Shown here: positions 1 to 13,833 of the stretch, piece after piece
Layout of the letters: the number at the start of each line of letters is the position of its first letter
Numbering within the stretch: position 1 is the first letter of the stretch
NCBI RefSeq assembly: GCF_009914755.1
Contig: NC_060926.1
Length of the DNA: 64,000 bases
Source of the DNA: the human T2T-CHM13v2.0 reference genome, Homo sapiens
Reading direction: 5' to 3' (one strand)
The notes under the pieces: model-generated
What the model was told of the DNA's origin: nothing
Databases searched by the model: none
Seen by the model: only the letters and a program-made list of their open reading frames with translations
Program-made: the position numbers and the translations under genes

Positions 1-3000
1 TTATTCTAAAATTGACCACCAAATTGGAAGTAAAACACTCCTCAGCAAATGCAAAAGAATGGAAATCATAGCAATCCATTTCTCAGACCACACTGCAATC
101 AAATTATAACTCAGGATTAAGAAACTCACTCAAAACCACAGAACTACATGGAAACTGAACAACTTGCTCCCAAATGACTGCTGTGTAAAAAACTGAACAA
201 CTTGCTCCCGGATGACTACTGGGTAAATAAATTAAGGCAGAAATAAATAAGTTCTTTGAAACCAATGAGAATAAAGACACAAGGTACCAGAATCTCTGGG
301 ACACAGTAAAGCAGCATTAAGAGGGAAATTTGTAGCACTAAATGCCCACATCAGAAAGTGAGAAATATTTAAAATTGGTACCCTAACATCACAATTAAAA
401 TAACTGGAGAAGCAAGAGCAAACAAATTCAAAAGCTAGCAGAAGACAAGAAATAACTAATATCAGAGCAGAACTGAAGGAGATAGGGACACCAAAAACCC
501 TTCAAAAAAGTCAGTGAATCCAGAAACTGGTTTTTTGAAAAGATTAACAAAATAGGCCACTAGCCAGACTAACAAAGAAGAAAAGAGAGAAGAATCAAAT
601 AGACACAATAAAAAAAATAAAGGGAATATCACCACTGATCCCACAGAAATACAAAATACCATCAGAGAACACTATAAACACCTCTATGCAAATAAACTAG
701 AAAATCTAGAAGAAATGGATAAATTCCTGTTCACATACACCCTCCCAAGACTAAACCTGGAAGAAGTCAAACCCCTAAGCAGACCAAAAACAAGTTCTGA
801 AATTGAGGCAGTAATTAATAGCCTACCAACAAAAAAAGCCCAGGACCAGTCGGATTCACAGCCAAACTCTATCAGAGGTACAAAGAGGAGCTGGTACCAT
901 TCCTTCTGAAATTATTCCAAACAATAGAAAAAGAAGGACTCCTCCATAACTCATTTTATGAGGCCAGCATCACTCTGATACCAAAACCTGGCAGAGACAC
1001 AACAAAAAAAGAAAATTTCAGGTCAATATCCCTGATGAACACTGATGCAAAAATCCTCAATAAAATACTTGCAAACTGAATCCAGCAGCACACCAAAAAG
1101 CTTATCCACCACAATCAAGTTGGCTTCATCCCTGGGATGCAAGGCTGGTTCAACATACACAAGTCAATAAACATAATCCATCATATAAACAGAACCAATG
1201 ACAAAAACCACATGATTATCTAAATAGATGCAGAAAAGGCCTTCAATAAAATTCAACACCCCTTCATGCCAAAAACCCTCAATAAACGAGGTATTGATGG
1301 AACATATTTCAAAATAATAAGAGCTATTTATGACAAACCCATAGCCAATATCATACTGAAAGGGTCAAAATCTAGAAGCATTCCCTTTGAAAACCGGCAC
1401 AAGACAAGGATGCCCTCTCTCGCCACTCCCATTCAACATAGAATTGGAAGTTCTGGCCAGGGCAATCAGGCAAGAGAAAGAAATAAAGGGTATTCAAATA
1501 GGAAAAGAGGAACTCAAATTGTCTCTGTTTGCAGATGACATGATTGTATATTTTGAAATCCCCATCCCCTCAACCCAAAAACTCCTAATAAGCAACTTCA
1601 GCAAAGTCTCAGGATACAAAATCAATGTCCAAAAATCACAAATATTCCTATACACCAATAATAGACAGAGAGCCAAATCATGAGTGAACTCCCATTCACA
1701 ATTGCTACAAAGAAAATAAAATATCTAGGAATACAACTTACAAAGGACACGAAGGACCTCTTCAAGATAACTACAGACCACTGCTCAAGGAAATAAGAGA
1801 GGACACAAATAAATGGAAAAACATTCCATGCTCATGGATAGGAAGAATCAATATCATGAAAATGTCTATACTGCCCAAAGTAATTTATAGATTCAATGCT
1901 ATCCCCATCAAGCTACCATTGACTTTCTTCAGAGAACTGAAAAAGACTACTTTAAATTTCATATGGAAACAAAAAAAGACAAGACAATCCTAAGCAAAAA
2001 GAACAAAGCTGGAGGCATTATGCTACCTGACTTCAAACTATACTACAAGGCTACAGTGACCAAAACAGCATGGTACTGATACCAAAATAGGTATATAAAC
2101 CAATGGAACAGAACAGAGGCCTCAGAAATAACACCACACATCTACAACCATCTGATCTTCGACAACCCTGACAAAAACAAGTAATGGGGAAATGATTCCC
2201 TATTTAATAAACGGTGCTGGGAAAACTGGCTAGCCATATGTAGAAAACTGAAACTGGACCCCTTTCTTACACCTTATATAAAAATTAACTCAAGATGGAT
2301 TAAAGGCTTAAGTGTAAAACCTAAAACCATAAAAACTCTAGAAGAAAACCGAGGCAATACCATTCAGGACATAGGCATGGGCAGAAACTTAATGACTAAA
2401 ACACCAAAAACAATTGTAACAAAAGCCAAAATTGACAAATGGAATCTAATTAAACCAAAGAGCTTCTGCACAGCAAAAATTATCATCAGAGTGAAGAGGC
2501 AACCTACAGAATGGGAGAAAATTTTTGCAGTCTCTCCATCTGACAAAGGTCTATTATCCAGAATCTATAAGGAACTTAAACAAATTTACAAGAAAAAAAC
2601 AAACAACCCCATCAAAAAGTGGGCAAAGGATATCAACAGATGCTTCTCAAAAGAAGACATTTATGTGGCCAACAAACATGAAAAAAAGCTCATCATCACT
2701 AGTCATTAGAGAAATGCAAATCAAAACCCCGAGATACCATCTCACACCAGTTAGAATGGTGATCATTAAAAAGTTAGGAAACAATAGATGCTGGAAAGGA
2801 TGTGGAGAAATAGGAAAGCTTTTACACTGTCAGTGGGAGTGTAAATTAGTTCAACCATTATGGAAGACAGTGTGGTGATTCCTCAAGGATCTAGAACCAG
2901 AATTACCATTTGACCCAGCAATCCCATTACTGGGTATACACCCAAAGGATTACAAATCATTGTACTATAAAGACACATGCACACGTGTGTTTCTTGCATG

Positions 3001-3475
3001 CAGCACTATTCACAATAGCAAAGACTTCCAACCAACCAAAATGCCCATCAACGAGACTGGATAAAGAAAATGTGGCACATATACACCATGGAATACTATG
3101 CAGCCATAAAAAAGAATGAGTTCATGTCCTTTGCAGGGACATGGATGAAGCTGGAAACCATCATTCTCAGCAAACTAACACAGGAACAGAAAACCAAACA
3201 CTGCATGTTTTTGTTCATAAGTGGGAGTTGAACAATGAGAACATATAGACACAGAGAGGGCCTTGAACATTATACACTGGGGCCTGTTGGTGGGGTGGGG
3301 GGCAAGAGGAGGGAGAGCATTAGGACAAATACCTAATGGAAGTGGGGCTTAAAACCTAGATGATGGGTTGATGGGTGCAGCAAACCACAATGGTACATGT
3401 ATACCTATGTAACAAACCTGCACCTTCTGCACATGTATCCCGGAAATTAAAGTAAAATAAAAAATAATTAAAAAA
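1..3475 (+). mobile_element. LINE-1 (L1PA7-10-like), ORF2 remnant plus 3' UTR, sense to the gene, truncated by the window edge; inactive
   Basis: ORF fragments [13 protein letters not shown] and [11 protein letters not shown] (RT), C-terminal RCWKGCGE; many stops and frameshifts; L1 3' UTR and A-rich tail at about 3450-3475. Confidence 0.95.
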
Positions 3476-3944
3476 GAATTATTTTCTGTTTTTTAGATTA
3501 TTTTTGTTTAATGTTAAACTCTTTGACCTTCATGGAATTTTCCACAGTTGTGGAAGTTAAAAAGAAACCTGTAGGTATGTGTTTGCTATTTCTATCTGCC
3601 TTTTCTGATAACACTGGTTAAATTATGCTTTCTTTCCTTATTGTTGTACAGCTTCTTACTTTATATGACATTCATGTACCTCCGTACATCATTGTGTGAA
3701 TTTACTATTTCATCCCTGAGATACATTATGGGGTTAATAAGAACATATGGCGATGTGTTTAGCAGTGGTGTGGGGGAGTGTGGCATCATACTCTGAGAAG
3801 TGATGGCTCTTCTCTAGTGCTCCCTAGAAATCGTCTGCCACTTCTTCTAGCTAAATCATGCTATCAATTTGTTAAGCTCCATGGTATGTTTTAAGGATTT
3901 CTGATTGGCGTTTACCATCTTGAGTTTCTCTCCTAAAATTTTCT

Positions 3945-4780
3945 GCCTTCCTATTGCTTTCCATCTCAGTAAATAATCCCATTCTACACATTTGTTTGAA
4001 CCTCAAACTATGGATTCATCCCTGATCATCTGTCTCACATCCTTTATCCAGGTCAGCAGCACATTCTGTTGGAGCACCTGTTACAATATGCCCCCCATCC
4101 CCCTCCTGTCCTACTCACCACCACTTTAATGGTTGGAAGCCACTCTCAGCCCTCTCCTGGATTGCTGAAAAAGACTCCTCACTGGCCTGCCTGCTTCTGT
4201 TTTTCAAAGGCAGCAGTGTTTTCAACGGTGGGGACCTGGTCATGACATTCCTCTGCTCAAAAGCCTCTCAGGAAATAACCAACTTCTGTCCCAGGGCCAC
4301 AGGCTCTGCAGGCTCTAGCATTTTTCTGTCCCTCTGTCCTCATTTCTTACCTTGTTCTGCTTCATTCTCCCAGCTCCAGCCAGAGTAGCCTCTTTGCTCA
4401 AGGTGCTCCCAACTCAGGGCTTGTCCCCTTATTCTTTTCTTCCCTGCTCTGGAAAGTTCTTTCACTATTCAGGGCTTCACTTCATTCAGGGCTTTGTTCA
4501 GGTGTCACTCACCAATGAGGCTTCCCTGAGCACATTGATACAAAATATCCATCAAGAGGATTCTCCCATCAATCAAAAGGATTCTCTCACTGCTCTCTGC
4601 TTTTGTCTGCAGTGCTCATCACTGCGTGCTACTGTGTCTTTATTGGCTGACTGACTTATTTTCTATTTCCCACACTAGCCTGCAGCTCTCCAGTGCAGAG
4701 GTTTTGTTTAACACATTGCTACACCCCAGCACCTGAGGTCTCAATAAATGCATAATGAATGACAAAAATGATTGAATGAG
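3945..4780 (+). mobile_element. L2 LINE 3' fragment
   Basis: Typical L2 text (ctcctcactggcctgcctgcttc; ends tcaataaat...gaatga); boundaries approximate. Confidence 0.65.
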
Positions 4781-5609
4781 GTTGATAATTTTTATGGCTT
4801 CCCCTTTTTCTCGATCATATATAATGCCTCAATATTCTTGATGTATAAAGGTTTGCTTGAATTTTCTAATATTATGTGCTATCTGCAAAAGATAAGGGTT
4901 TTTGTTGTTGTTGTTGTTGTTATATGTAGGAGTTCTTTTTTATTGCCAAAGAGTCACATTCTGTCATTCGTCTCTTCTTGTTCTGGCTGGCTTTTTCCAG
5001 ACTCTATGGGATCAAGCATGGATCCATTTGAAAGTTGGGCTGTTCCTAAATGTTTTAGTCAACATTTTAAAAGAAAGTGTTGACTAAAGAAAACATACTT
5101 ATTTTCACTAGTGGTTAATCACATCTGTTTGGTTTAACTTATTGGGCAGCCTTGATCTGCTTTTACCCAAATCCAATCTCTGGTTCTTTTGTTTCTTGGG
5201 AGGGACTTCTCCCTGTCACTCCATGGGCAGAAGACAGTGTGGTTCTGAGGTTTCTTCACTAGCTCCCACATGCTCAGAGAACAGAGGCAGCTCTTCAGAG
5301 ATACAGCTTCTTCCTGTTGGCTTAGCCCTCCCCTCTGCTCCCCTGCAGCCCAAGCACCTCGTAACCAGGCCAGTCATGCACCTCTTTCCCATGGCGCCCA
5401 GCCTTTCCTCAAACCTGTGCTTGGCTTCCTTCTCCTTGGAATAGGAAAATCCACATCCAGCAATCTTAATGCCACCTCCTCCATGAAGTCTTCTTGAGTC
5501 TCTGCTTCTGAATGAACCCTCACACCCCCACTTCTCATCTCCTTTTTAATAGCATTTATCACTTTCCATCTTGCGTTATAATGATTTGTGCCCTTGTCTT
5601 ATCTTCTGT

Positions 5610-5672
5610 GCCAACAAGCTGAAAATATTACTATCTGGTCCTTAACAGAAAAGTCTTGGCCAACCACTGGAC
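5610..5672 (+). mobile_element. MER58-like hAT-Charlie end fragment
   Basis: aaaatattactatctggtccttaacagaaaagtcttggccaaccactg resembles the MER58 terminus. Confidence 0.5.
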
Positions 5673-7160
5673 TACACAGTAGGTCATACTTGCAGTAGCT
5701 CGTGGACAGCCTTGTAAAAGCCATCCAAAAATTCCTTTGCTTTTTTTCCCCCAATAACTGATATATTTGTCAATGACTGATACATTTTTTCCCAATAACT
5801 GATATATTTCTTGATAATATCAGGTAGGATGATGATTCCAAGAAAGCAAATTTTCTCTATTCAAGTTCATTTCTTCTTCAAGAAATACTTGGGGGAGGAA
5901 AAGCCATAAATGCATGCACATTTGTAATGTTTTATTTATTTTATTCTGTGAACAATGAAATTTAAGAAGCCTTCTTTTGTTTGTTGTCACTAATTACTTA
6001 GCTGATGAGTTTTACTTTGGTAGTTCATAAAAGCACAGACACCTGCCCAGAAAATCTTTTATGCCATCAGAGGGCATGTTACACAACACAGTTTCTCTGC
6101 TTATGTTCACCAAAAAGCACTGAACTAAGATCTTGTGTGACAGCCCTTCATTTAATTTCTTCTTGCCAATGAAACAATTTGGCAAACTCAGTAACTGCTG
6201 TCCTACTTTAAGAAAGGGTCATTCAGGCCAATTCTGAATGACCTGAGTACTCATAAAAGAAAGGAGTACAGATTTGAAAACATGAAACCATCTTATTTTT
6301 TTCAACAAGCATCCCTGGGTTTGTTGCTGTTCCTCTCTGATTTTGTTACCCCTGGATTTTCCTCTGCCTCACTTCCTTCATGCCTCCTTTGGCATGATGT
6401 TCTGGTCGGTCTTCATTCTAACTGCATCCTGCATTTATTTTGCCATGTTTTATTTGCTGCTTCTTGGTTGTTTCTGCTTGCCCGAGTTTCTGGTCAGGAT
6501 CAGTCTCATTGCCTGAGCATGGCAGGTGCATTGGCCTCTGTAATGCATTTCAGCAGTTTCTGTTCCTTCCTTTCTCTCTTTTCCCTGGTTTCCATTCTCC
6601 AACCTTAGGAATGAGAATGTCCTTTTGATACAACAAGAAGAGCAGCACCCCATGTGAAAGCATGGGTCTCTGAGGCTGCTGGGTCAGTGAAAGGAAAGAA
6701 AAAGGTGAAAGAGGAAATGGGAGTCTCCAAAACCAGTCCTCATCCATTTTCCTGTTTGTCTCCATGGATCCTATGGCTTCTGTGCATTTCTTTAAAACTG
6801 TTTTCTCTTGCCTTCTTACATATAGGAGGGGAAGGCAACTAAAATGTGGAGGCATTTGTGATGTTAGAGGCACAGTGGTAAGTACTGTGCAGTTGACTGC
6901 CTGGTTATAGGTACAGTTCTTTACCCAGCAGGTGCATTTGTGTCTGTTTCACAGATGAGTAGGTGGGGCCTGGGCATGTTAGGAACCTTTCCACAATCAC
7001 AGGCAGAGAGCGGGAGGGCTGGGTTTCAAGTAAGGGGGCAGTCCTCCGATGGCATGCTGCAGGCCCATGGCAGAAACCCCCAGATTGCTACCGCGTTAAG
7101 GAAAGGAAGTGATTGCATTTGGATATTAGGGGACTGGCGATGCTGCTGTTGGCTGACTCT

Positions 7161-7200
7161 TTTTTTTTTTTTTTTTTTTTTTTGAGACGGAGTCTCACTC
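7161..7200 (-). mobile_element. Extremely 5'-truncated Alu (about 17 nt plus poly(A)) with 12-bp TSD
   Basis: tggctgactctt-(T)n-gagacggagtctcactc-tggctgactctt. Confidence 0.88.
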
Positions 7201-7620
7201 TGGCTGACTCTTATCACACACTAGCAGGTGCACATAGAAGCAAGAGTCAGCTTGGGGGAACAGAGACATGGTTTTCAGGGAACTTTTTTTATTTCCTCAT
7301 TTATCAGTGAGGTCAGTGGGCTTGCCAGAGGTCATAGGTAAAGAGCAGCTGCACCCATTGAATACATTTAGTCCCCACAAATTATTGGAGCCTTTTGTAG
7401 TATAAATATTAAAATAAAGCTAGATTTGAATGCTCAACATACAGATGATCACTTTATTATTTAACAGTTCTTTAAACCTTTTCAAATTTTTACAGTTATA
7501 TTGCTTTGGCTCACAAAATGTTTAGTGCTATGGGTTTAGTCCTGTTTGTAAGCTCTTAAGGATTTACTTACTAAAACTTCTGTGACTGTAAGTATCTAAG
7601 GACTTATTCTATCACTTTAA

Positions 7621-8662
<1,042 letters not shown>

Positions 8663-8679
8663 TAATTCAGATAAATTTC

Positions 8680-9037
8680 TGTCCTACTCTGTTCCTGTTG
8701 CTATATAACAGAAGACCACAACTGGATAATTTATAAATAACATTTATGTTTTCACAGTTCCAGAGGCTGGGCAGTCTAAGCTCAGGGCACTGGCATTTGG
8801 TGTCTGGTGAGTGCCTTCTTGTTTCAGCCTCACATGGCAGAAGGCAGAGGGCATGTGAGAGCAGAAGAGCAAACCAGCCAGCAAGGCTGTGAGAAGCCTC
8901 TGTTGTGAGGGCCTTCATCCCACCAATGAGGAAGGAGCCCTCATGGCCTAATCACCCCTTAAAGGCTCCATCCACCTCTTACAGCTATCACGTTGGCAAC
9001 ACCTAAGTTTTAGAGGGGGGACAGCCAAAGCGTAGCA
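8680..9037 (-). mobile_element. MaLR solo LTR (MLT1A/MST-like)
   Basis: gctatataacagaagaccacaactggataatttataaa...ggagccctcatggcctaatcacc typical of MaLR. Confidence 0.75.
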
Positions 9038-9887
9038 TTCTCATATTCTGCTTTAGTTCTAAAACGTATTGAATGCCTGAAGGATGATTGCTGTTGTCTT
9101 GCAAATAAGTGCGCTCCAAACTTAAGCTCTGTCCAGTGACCTTCGTGTGTTAAGTCACTTTCCACGTTGCCTCCATGTGCTGGCCCAACCCACATCTCTC
9201 TCCTCTTTCCCTACAGGCCTCCTCCTAACATGTTCTCTGTTTTAAAGCCACATGGGCTCTACCATGAATTAAGAGATGGATATTTCCCACCATTTTTCCA
9301 TTTACTAGAGAAGCCCCTTTATGGCTCTGTTTAATGCCTATCTTTTAAGCCCTGCCCACATATTGCCCTACTCTGGGTCTTCCTAAGCAGACTTCCTCTT
9401 CCTCTGTTTCCATAGCACTTGGCTGGGGCTTGACCACACTTTGCCTTGTATTAGAGTAAGTCATAAATACATTTTGGGAACTTGATTGGGAACTATGTGA
9501 GATTAGAGATCATGGCATGTTTATATCCCTCATAGAGTAGTTTCTTGAGGCATCCTGACGAATTGATTGGGTTGTCTCTGAAGGAGCAAACGTCTCAAAT
9601 ATTAAACCTATTCAGTGTTCCAAATGCAAGAATCAGACGTTAAAAATAAATAAATTGCCAATGTTTCTGAATGCCACAGATGAGAGTAGTAATCTAAAAA
9701 TGGGCTGTGACCCAACCACCTTGGTAATAAGACCCTGGATCTCTTTCAGCTTCAATTCCCGCTTAAATTTTTACAAAGCATGAAAATAACTGCCTTGCCT
9801 ACTCATTAGGGTTTTTATGAGGATGAAATGAGATGTTACATCTGAAAGTGTTTTAGAAATCACTGAATTGTTTCAAATATAAAATTG

Positions 9888-10197
9888 CACCGGGTGCAGT
9901 TACTCATGTGTGTAATCCCAGAACTTTGAGAGGCCGAGGTGGGCGGATCACCTGAGGTCAGAAGTTCGAGACCAGCCTGGCCAACATGGCAAAACCCCGT
10001 CTCTATTAAGAATGCAAAAATTAGCCAGGCATGGTGGTGCGTGCCTATAATCCCAGCTATTCGGGAGGCTGAGGCAGGGAGAATTGCTTGAACCCGGGAG
10101 GCAGAGGTTGCAGTGAGCCGAGATTATGCCACTGTACTCCAGCCCAGGTGACAGAGCAAGACTCCATCTCAAAAAAAAAAATAATAATAATAATAAT
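9888..10197 (+). mobile_element. AluS, full length, (TAA)n tail
   Basis: Dimeric Alu; TSD ataaaattg. Confidence 0.93.
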
Positions 10198-10528
10198 AAA
10201 ATTGTGTTATTCCATTTCCACAGTTCCAGCCCTGAAGAAAATCTCAACGGGGATTTAGAAAAAATAAAATCTGTACAATGTAGATAATGTGTACCTATAG
10301 CACTCCAATTTTAATGTAACATTAATTTTTTGTCTACATGTGCTTCATGAATAGTTTTAAGGGAAACCTCTGGTTTGCACTGTAATCTGGGAAGCCATTG
10401 TAAAGACAGTGATACTGACTTGGGAGATGGTGAAACAGGACCCACTGGTTCTATCAAAGGGAACCAATTTCCTGTCTCCCAAATTCCTCCATAACCCAAG
10501 TTGTGTGTTTTTATTTTTTCCTTACCAG

Positions 10529-10992
10529 GCTTCCATCTGTATCACAAGTTGCCCACAATAGTGCCTGAGAGCTGCCTTCTTATAATGGTTGGACTTCTAC
10601 TAGGTGGGATTATTTTTGGTGTTGATGAGAAGTCTCCCCCTGCAATGAAGACTGATGTATTTTTCTTGTACCTCCTCCCACCCATCGTGCTGGATGCCGG
10701 CTATTTCATGCCCACTCGCCCATTCTTTGAGAACATTGGCACGATTTTCTGGTATGCTGTGGTAGGGACACTTTGGAATTCCATTGGCATTGGGGTGTCT
10801 TTGTTTGGTATCTGCCAGATCGAAGCATTCGGCCTCAGCGACATCACTTTGCTCCAGAACCTGCTCTTTGGCAGCTTAATCTCAGCTGTCGATCCTGTGG
10901 CTGTGCTTGCTGTCTTTGAGAACATTCACGTCAATGAGCAGCTCTACATCCTGGTCTTTGGAGAGTCCCTGCTGAATGATGCAGTAACAGTG
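10529..10992 (+). CDS. SLC9A2: NHE2 coding exon 2 (464 nt): (G)FHLYHKLP...LNDAVTV, transmembrane segments including the ion-translocation motifs
   Basis: Acceptor cttaccag|GC, donor GTG|gtgagt; lies within ORF 10501..11016; phase 1 to 0. Confidence 0.97.
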
Positions 10993-11092
10993 GTGAGTCA
11001 CATTCACACTGCATGACTCCAACAGGTGGGGGCTGCCCAGCCACCTGCAGTGGCTCTCTGCACCTCAACTGGCAGGGGCGAGACCCTGCACA

Positions 11093-11268
11093 CAGGGTGG
11101 TTTCATGAGCAATTGCCCAGGGCCCTTCACTTGGTTTAATGCTCTGACATCACTGTCTTATAATTCTTAATACTTTTAAACTTATTATTTATAATTTATT
11201 TATTATCATAAAACTGTCTCCTCATTTTCATTTTGCACGGGGCCCCACAAAATATGTAGCTGGTCTGT
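11093..11268 (+). mobile_element. MER91-like hAT element
   Basis: cttggtttaatgctctg...cattttcattttgcacggggccccacaaaatatgtagctggtc matches recalled MER91. Confidence 0.65.
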
Positions 11269-12101
11269 GCTGACAAGGCCCTGTTCATGCCAGAGGAACA
11301 TATGATTTTGGCCTTTGCAACTCTGATGATTTATCATTTTGGCATTTTCAAAAATGATGGTCTTCGATCATAACTTAAAAGCCTTCAGATCCCAGAGTTC
11401 TTTGTGAGAAGTAATACTGTCAGTATCCAATGTATATAACACAGGTGAAATGATAATACCTGCTAAGTGCCATTCTCTATCTGGGGATGCTTTAGTTATC
11501 ATGTTAATGATTTTACGGAAAGTTTTTGTCACACGCTCACTGCTCACTTTCTGTTACTACTCAACCAGCACATTTCTGGCCCTCATCACCTTCTCATAAA
11601 TGAGTGTTTATTCAGAAGGCACAAATTATTTGTAATCCTCTCTTAGATTACATATAATTAGAGTCAGGGGCTGTTATGATCTTAAGGTTAGCAGAATTTA
11701 CTTCTACCCTGCCTTCTGAACACAGGCAAGGATTGAGAGAAGGGATGAGAAAGCCTCTCCTTTTACCCACATACCTCCAAAGAGCTCTGTGTCCACCAGT
11801 TAAAGACACTCAAGTGATGCTCAATTGATAAATCAGTTAGGGAGCACTGATGATGCTGTTTTCTGTTAGCCACAGCTCGGTAGTAGTAAAGGTGACAGTA
11901 ATGATAGCCACTAACTTGTGAATGCTCACTTTGTGCTCAGGTCTCTATAACAAATTATGAAACAGGCATTCCTCCCATTATTCAGATAAGAAAAGCGAGG
12001 CAGAAAAAGACTGTGTTTAAAGGACTTAATTTTTAATTCCCTCTCCATTTGCTCTTATCATTAAAATGCCATTCCTGACTCATTTAAAAGTCTACATAGT
12101 A

Positions 12102-12449
<348 letters not shown>

Positions 12450-13625
12450 TTATTCTCTGTTAGCTTGTATTCTACTGCAAAAGCAAATCCTCAGAATGAA
12501 TAAAATGTCATCTCTAAGGACATCCATTAACTTCATGTGAACATTATTGTATAGAAGATAATTTATTGATCACAATTTGTAGTATAGATATTTTAAGACA
12601 GCTAAGTTACCTCACTTAAGTAACAAAATCCGCTTCATATATTCCATTATTCATGAACTGAGTAGTCATTAACTTAGCAATATTAAATTTTAACTGGGAA
12701 ACTGCCATAATAGTAGAGACATTTTATAACTCATTCTAATTTCCAGAGGCAGAAGGCATGAAGTTTTCCATTCTGACTTATGCTCGATACGTAAATTTTA
12801 CCCTGTCGAGGGAGACTGAGGACCTTTGAATGGGAATTCCTGGAGTAAGTCTATTTAGTGCAAAGGGAACTTTACAAAGAAATAAAATTTCCTGTTGCAG
12901 TCCTTCTAGGGCAGCTCAGTAGAGTCAAATTCATTTCAGAATGACACACCAGGCCTCCACACTGCTTTCCCACCTCTGATCAAATTTTTATTCAGACATC
13001 TCCGTGGTCCATTCTTTGAGTTTGTCCCAAATCAGATCTCAGGATAGGGTCTGGCTAAGTCACTGTTTAGAGTATGCAAAGGTAGCAGGCCATCCAGACA
13101 CACACCCTGTGCTTCCTCTCAGGAGGCACAGAGGCACAACTGTGGTTTTATGGAAAGAAAGGGAGGGCTGACCCAGGGAAGGCAGGCGGCCAAAGTGAGA
13201 GCTTGTCACTCTACTCAGAAGAAGGGCACAGACAGAGCAAGGCCCTGGCTGGTGCTTTGAGGTGGAAGCTCTTATCAAGGAATGGCCAGAGCCTGTCAGT
13301 CAGAACCACTGTCGTGGTTTCATATCTAAGAGCCTCCCTTGGTAACTTACTTGCCCTGGCTGAGAGTCCATGGACTCTCAAAGCCAGACCCACAAGATAT
13401 CAGGGCATGCCCACAGGTTTGCCAAAGAATAAACTACTAGACGTTTCTCTCGCTGAATTGTCTGAGTACTGTACTGAATTGAGCGTGTGTTAAGAATAAT
13501 TAGAACAATGGTGTCAAAAATTCTAATTTTATCTCCTAGTCAGGTACCTTCAAAGAATAGAGGTGGAGATGTTTTGTGGAAGATTCTTTGATTCATTCAT
13601 TCAGGCTTATCTGTAGGAGAGGTTA

Positions 13626-13833
13626 AAGGAACTCATGGACTTTGGAAAGGTATTAAAAATATGGGCCATGATGCATACAGCAAAAACTGTGAGTCACTAG
13701 GAGTTGCAAATAGAAGAATAGGGGTTAGTTTAAGGAACTCACGGACTTTGGAAAGGTATTAAAAATACGGACCATGATGCATACGGCAAAAACGATGAGT
13801 CACTAGGAGTTGCAGATAGAAGAATAGAGGTTA
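13626..13833. repeat. Two-copy tandem duplication, period 106 bp
   Basis: aaggaactca(t/c)ggactttggaaaggtattaaaaata...gagtcactaggagttgca(a/g)atagaagaatag repeated directly. Confidence 0.95.

Noticed and set aside
715-3119. ORFs with reverse-transcriptase-like motifs (QGCPLSP, FADD) suggesting an RT-based system
   Set aside because: They are fragments of a decayed LINE-1 ORF2 broken by stops and frameshifts; not a functional gene
13626-13833. Possible CRISPR-like or array structure
   Set aside because: Only two contiguous 106-bp copies, no spacers, in a eukaryotic intron
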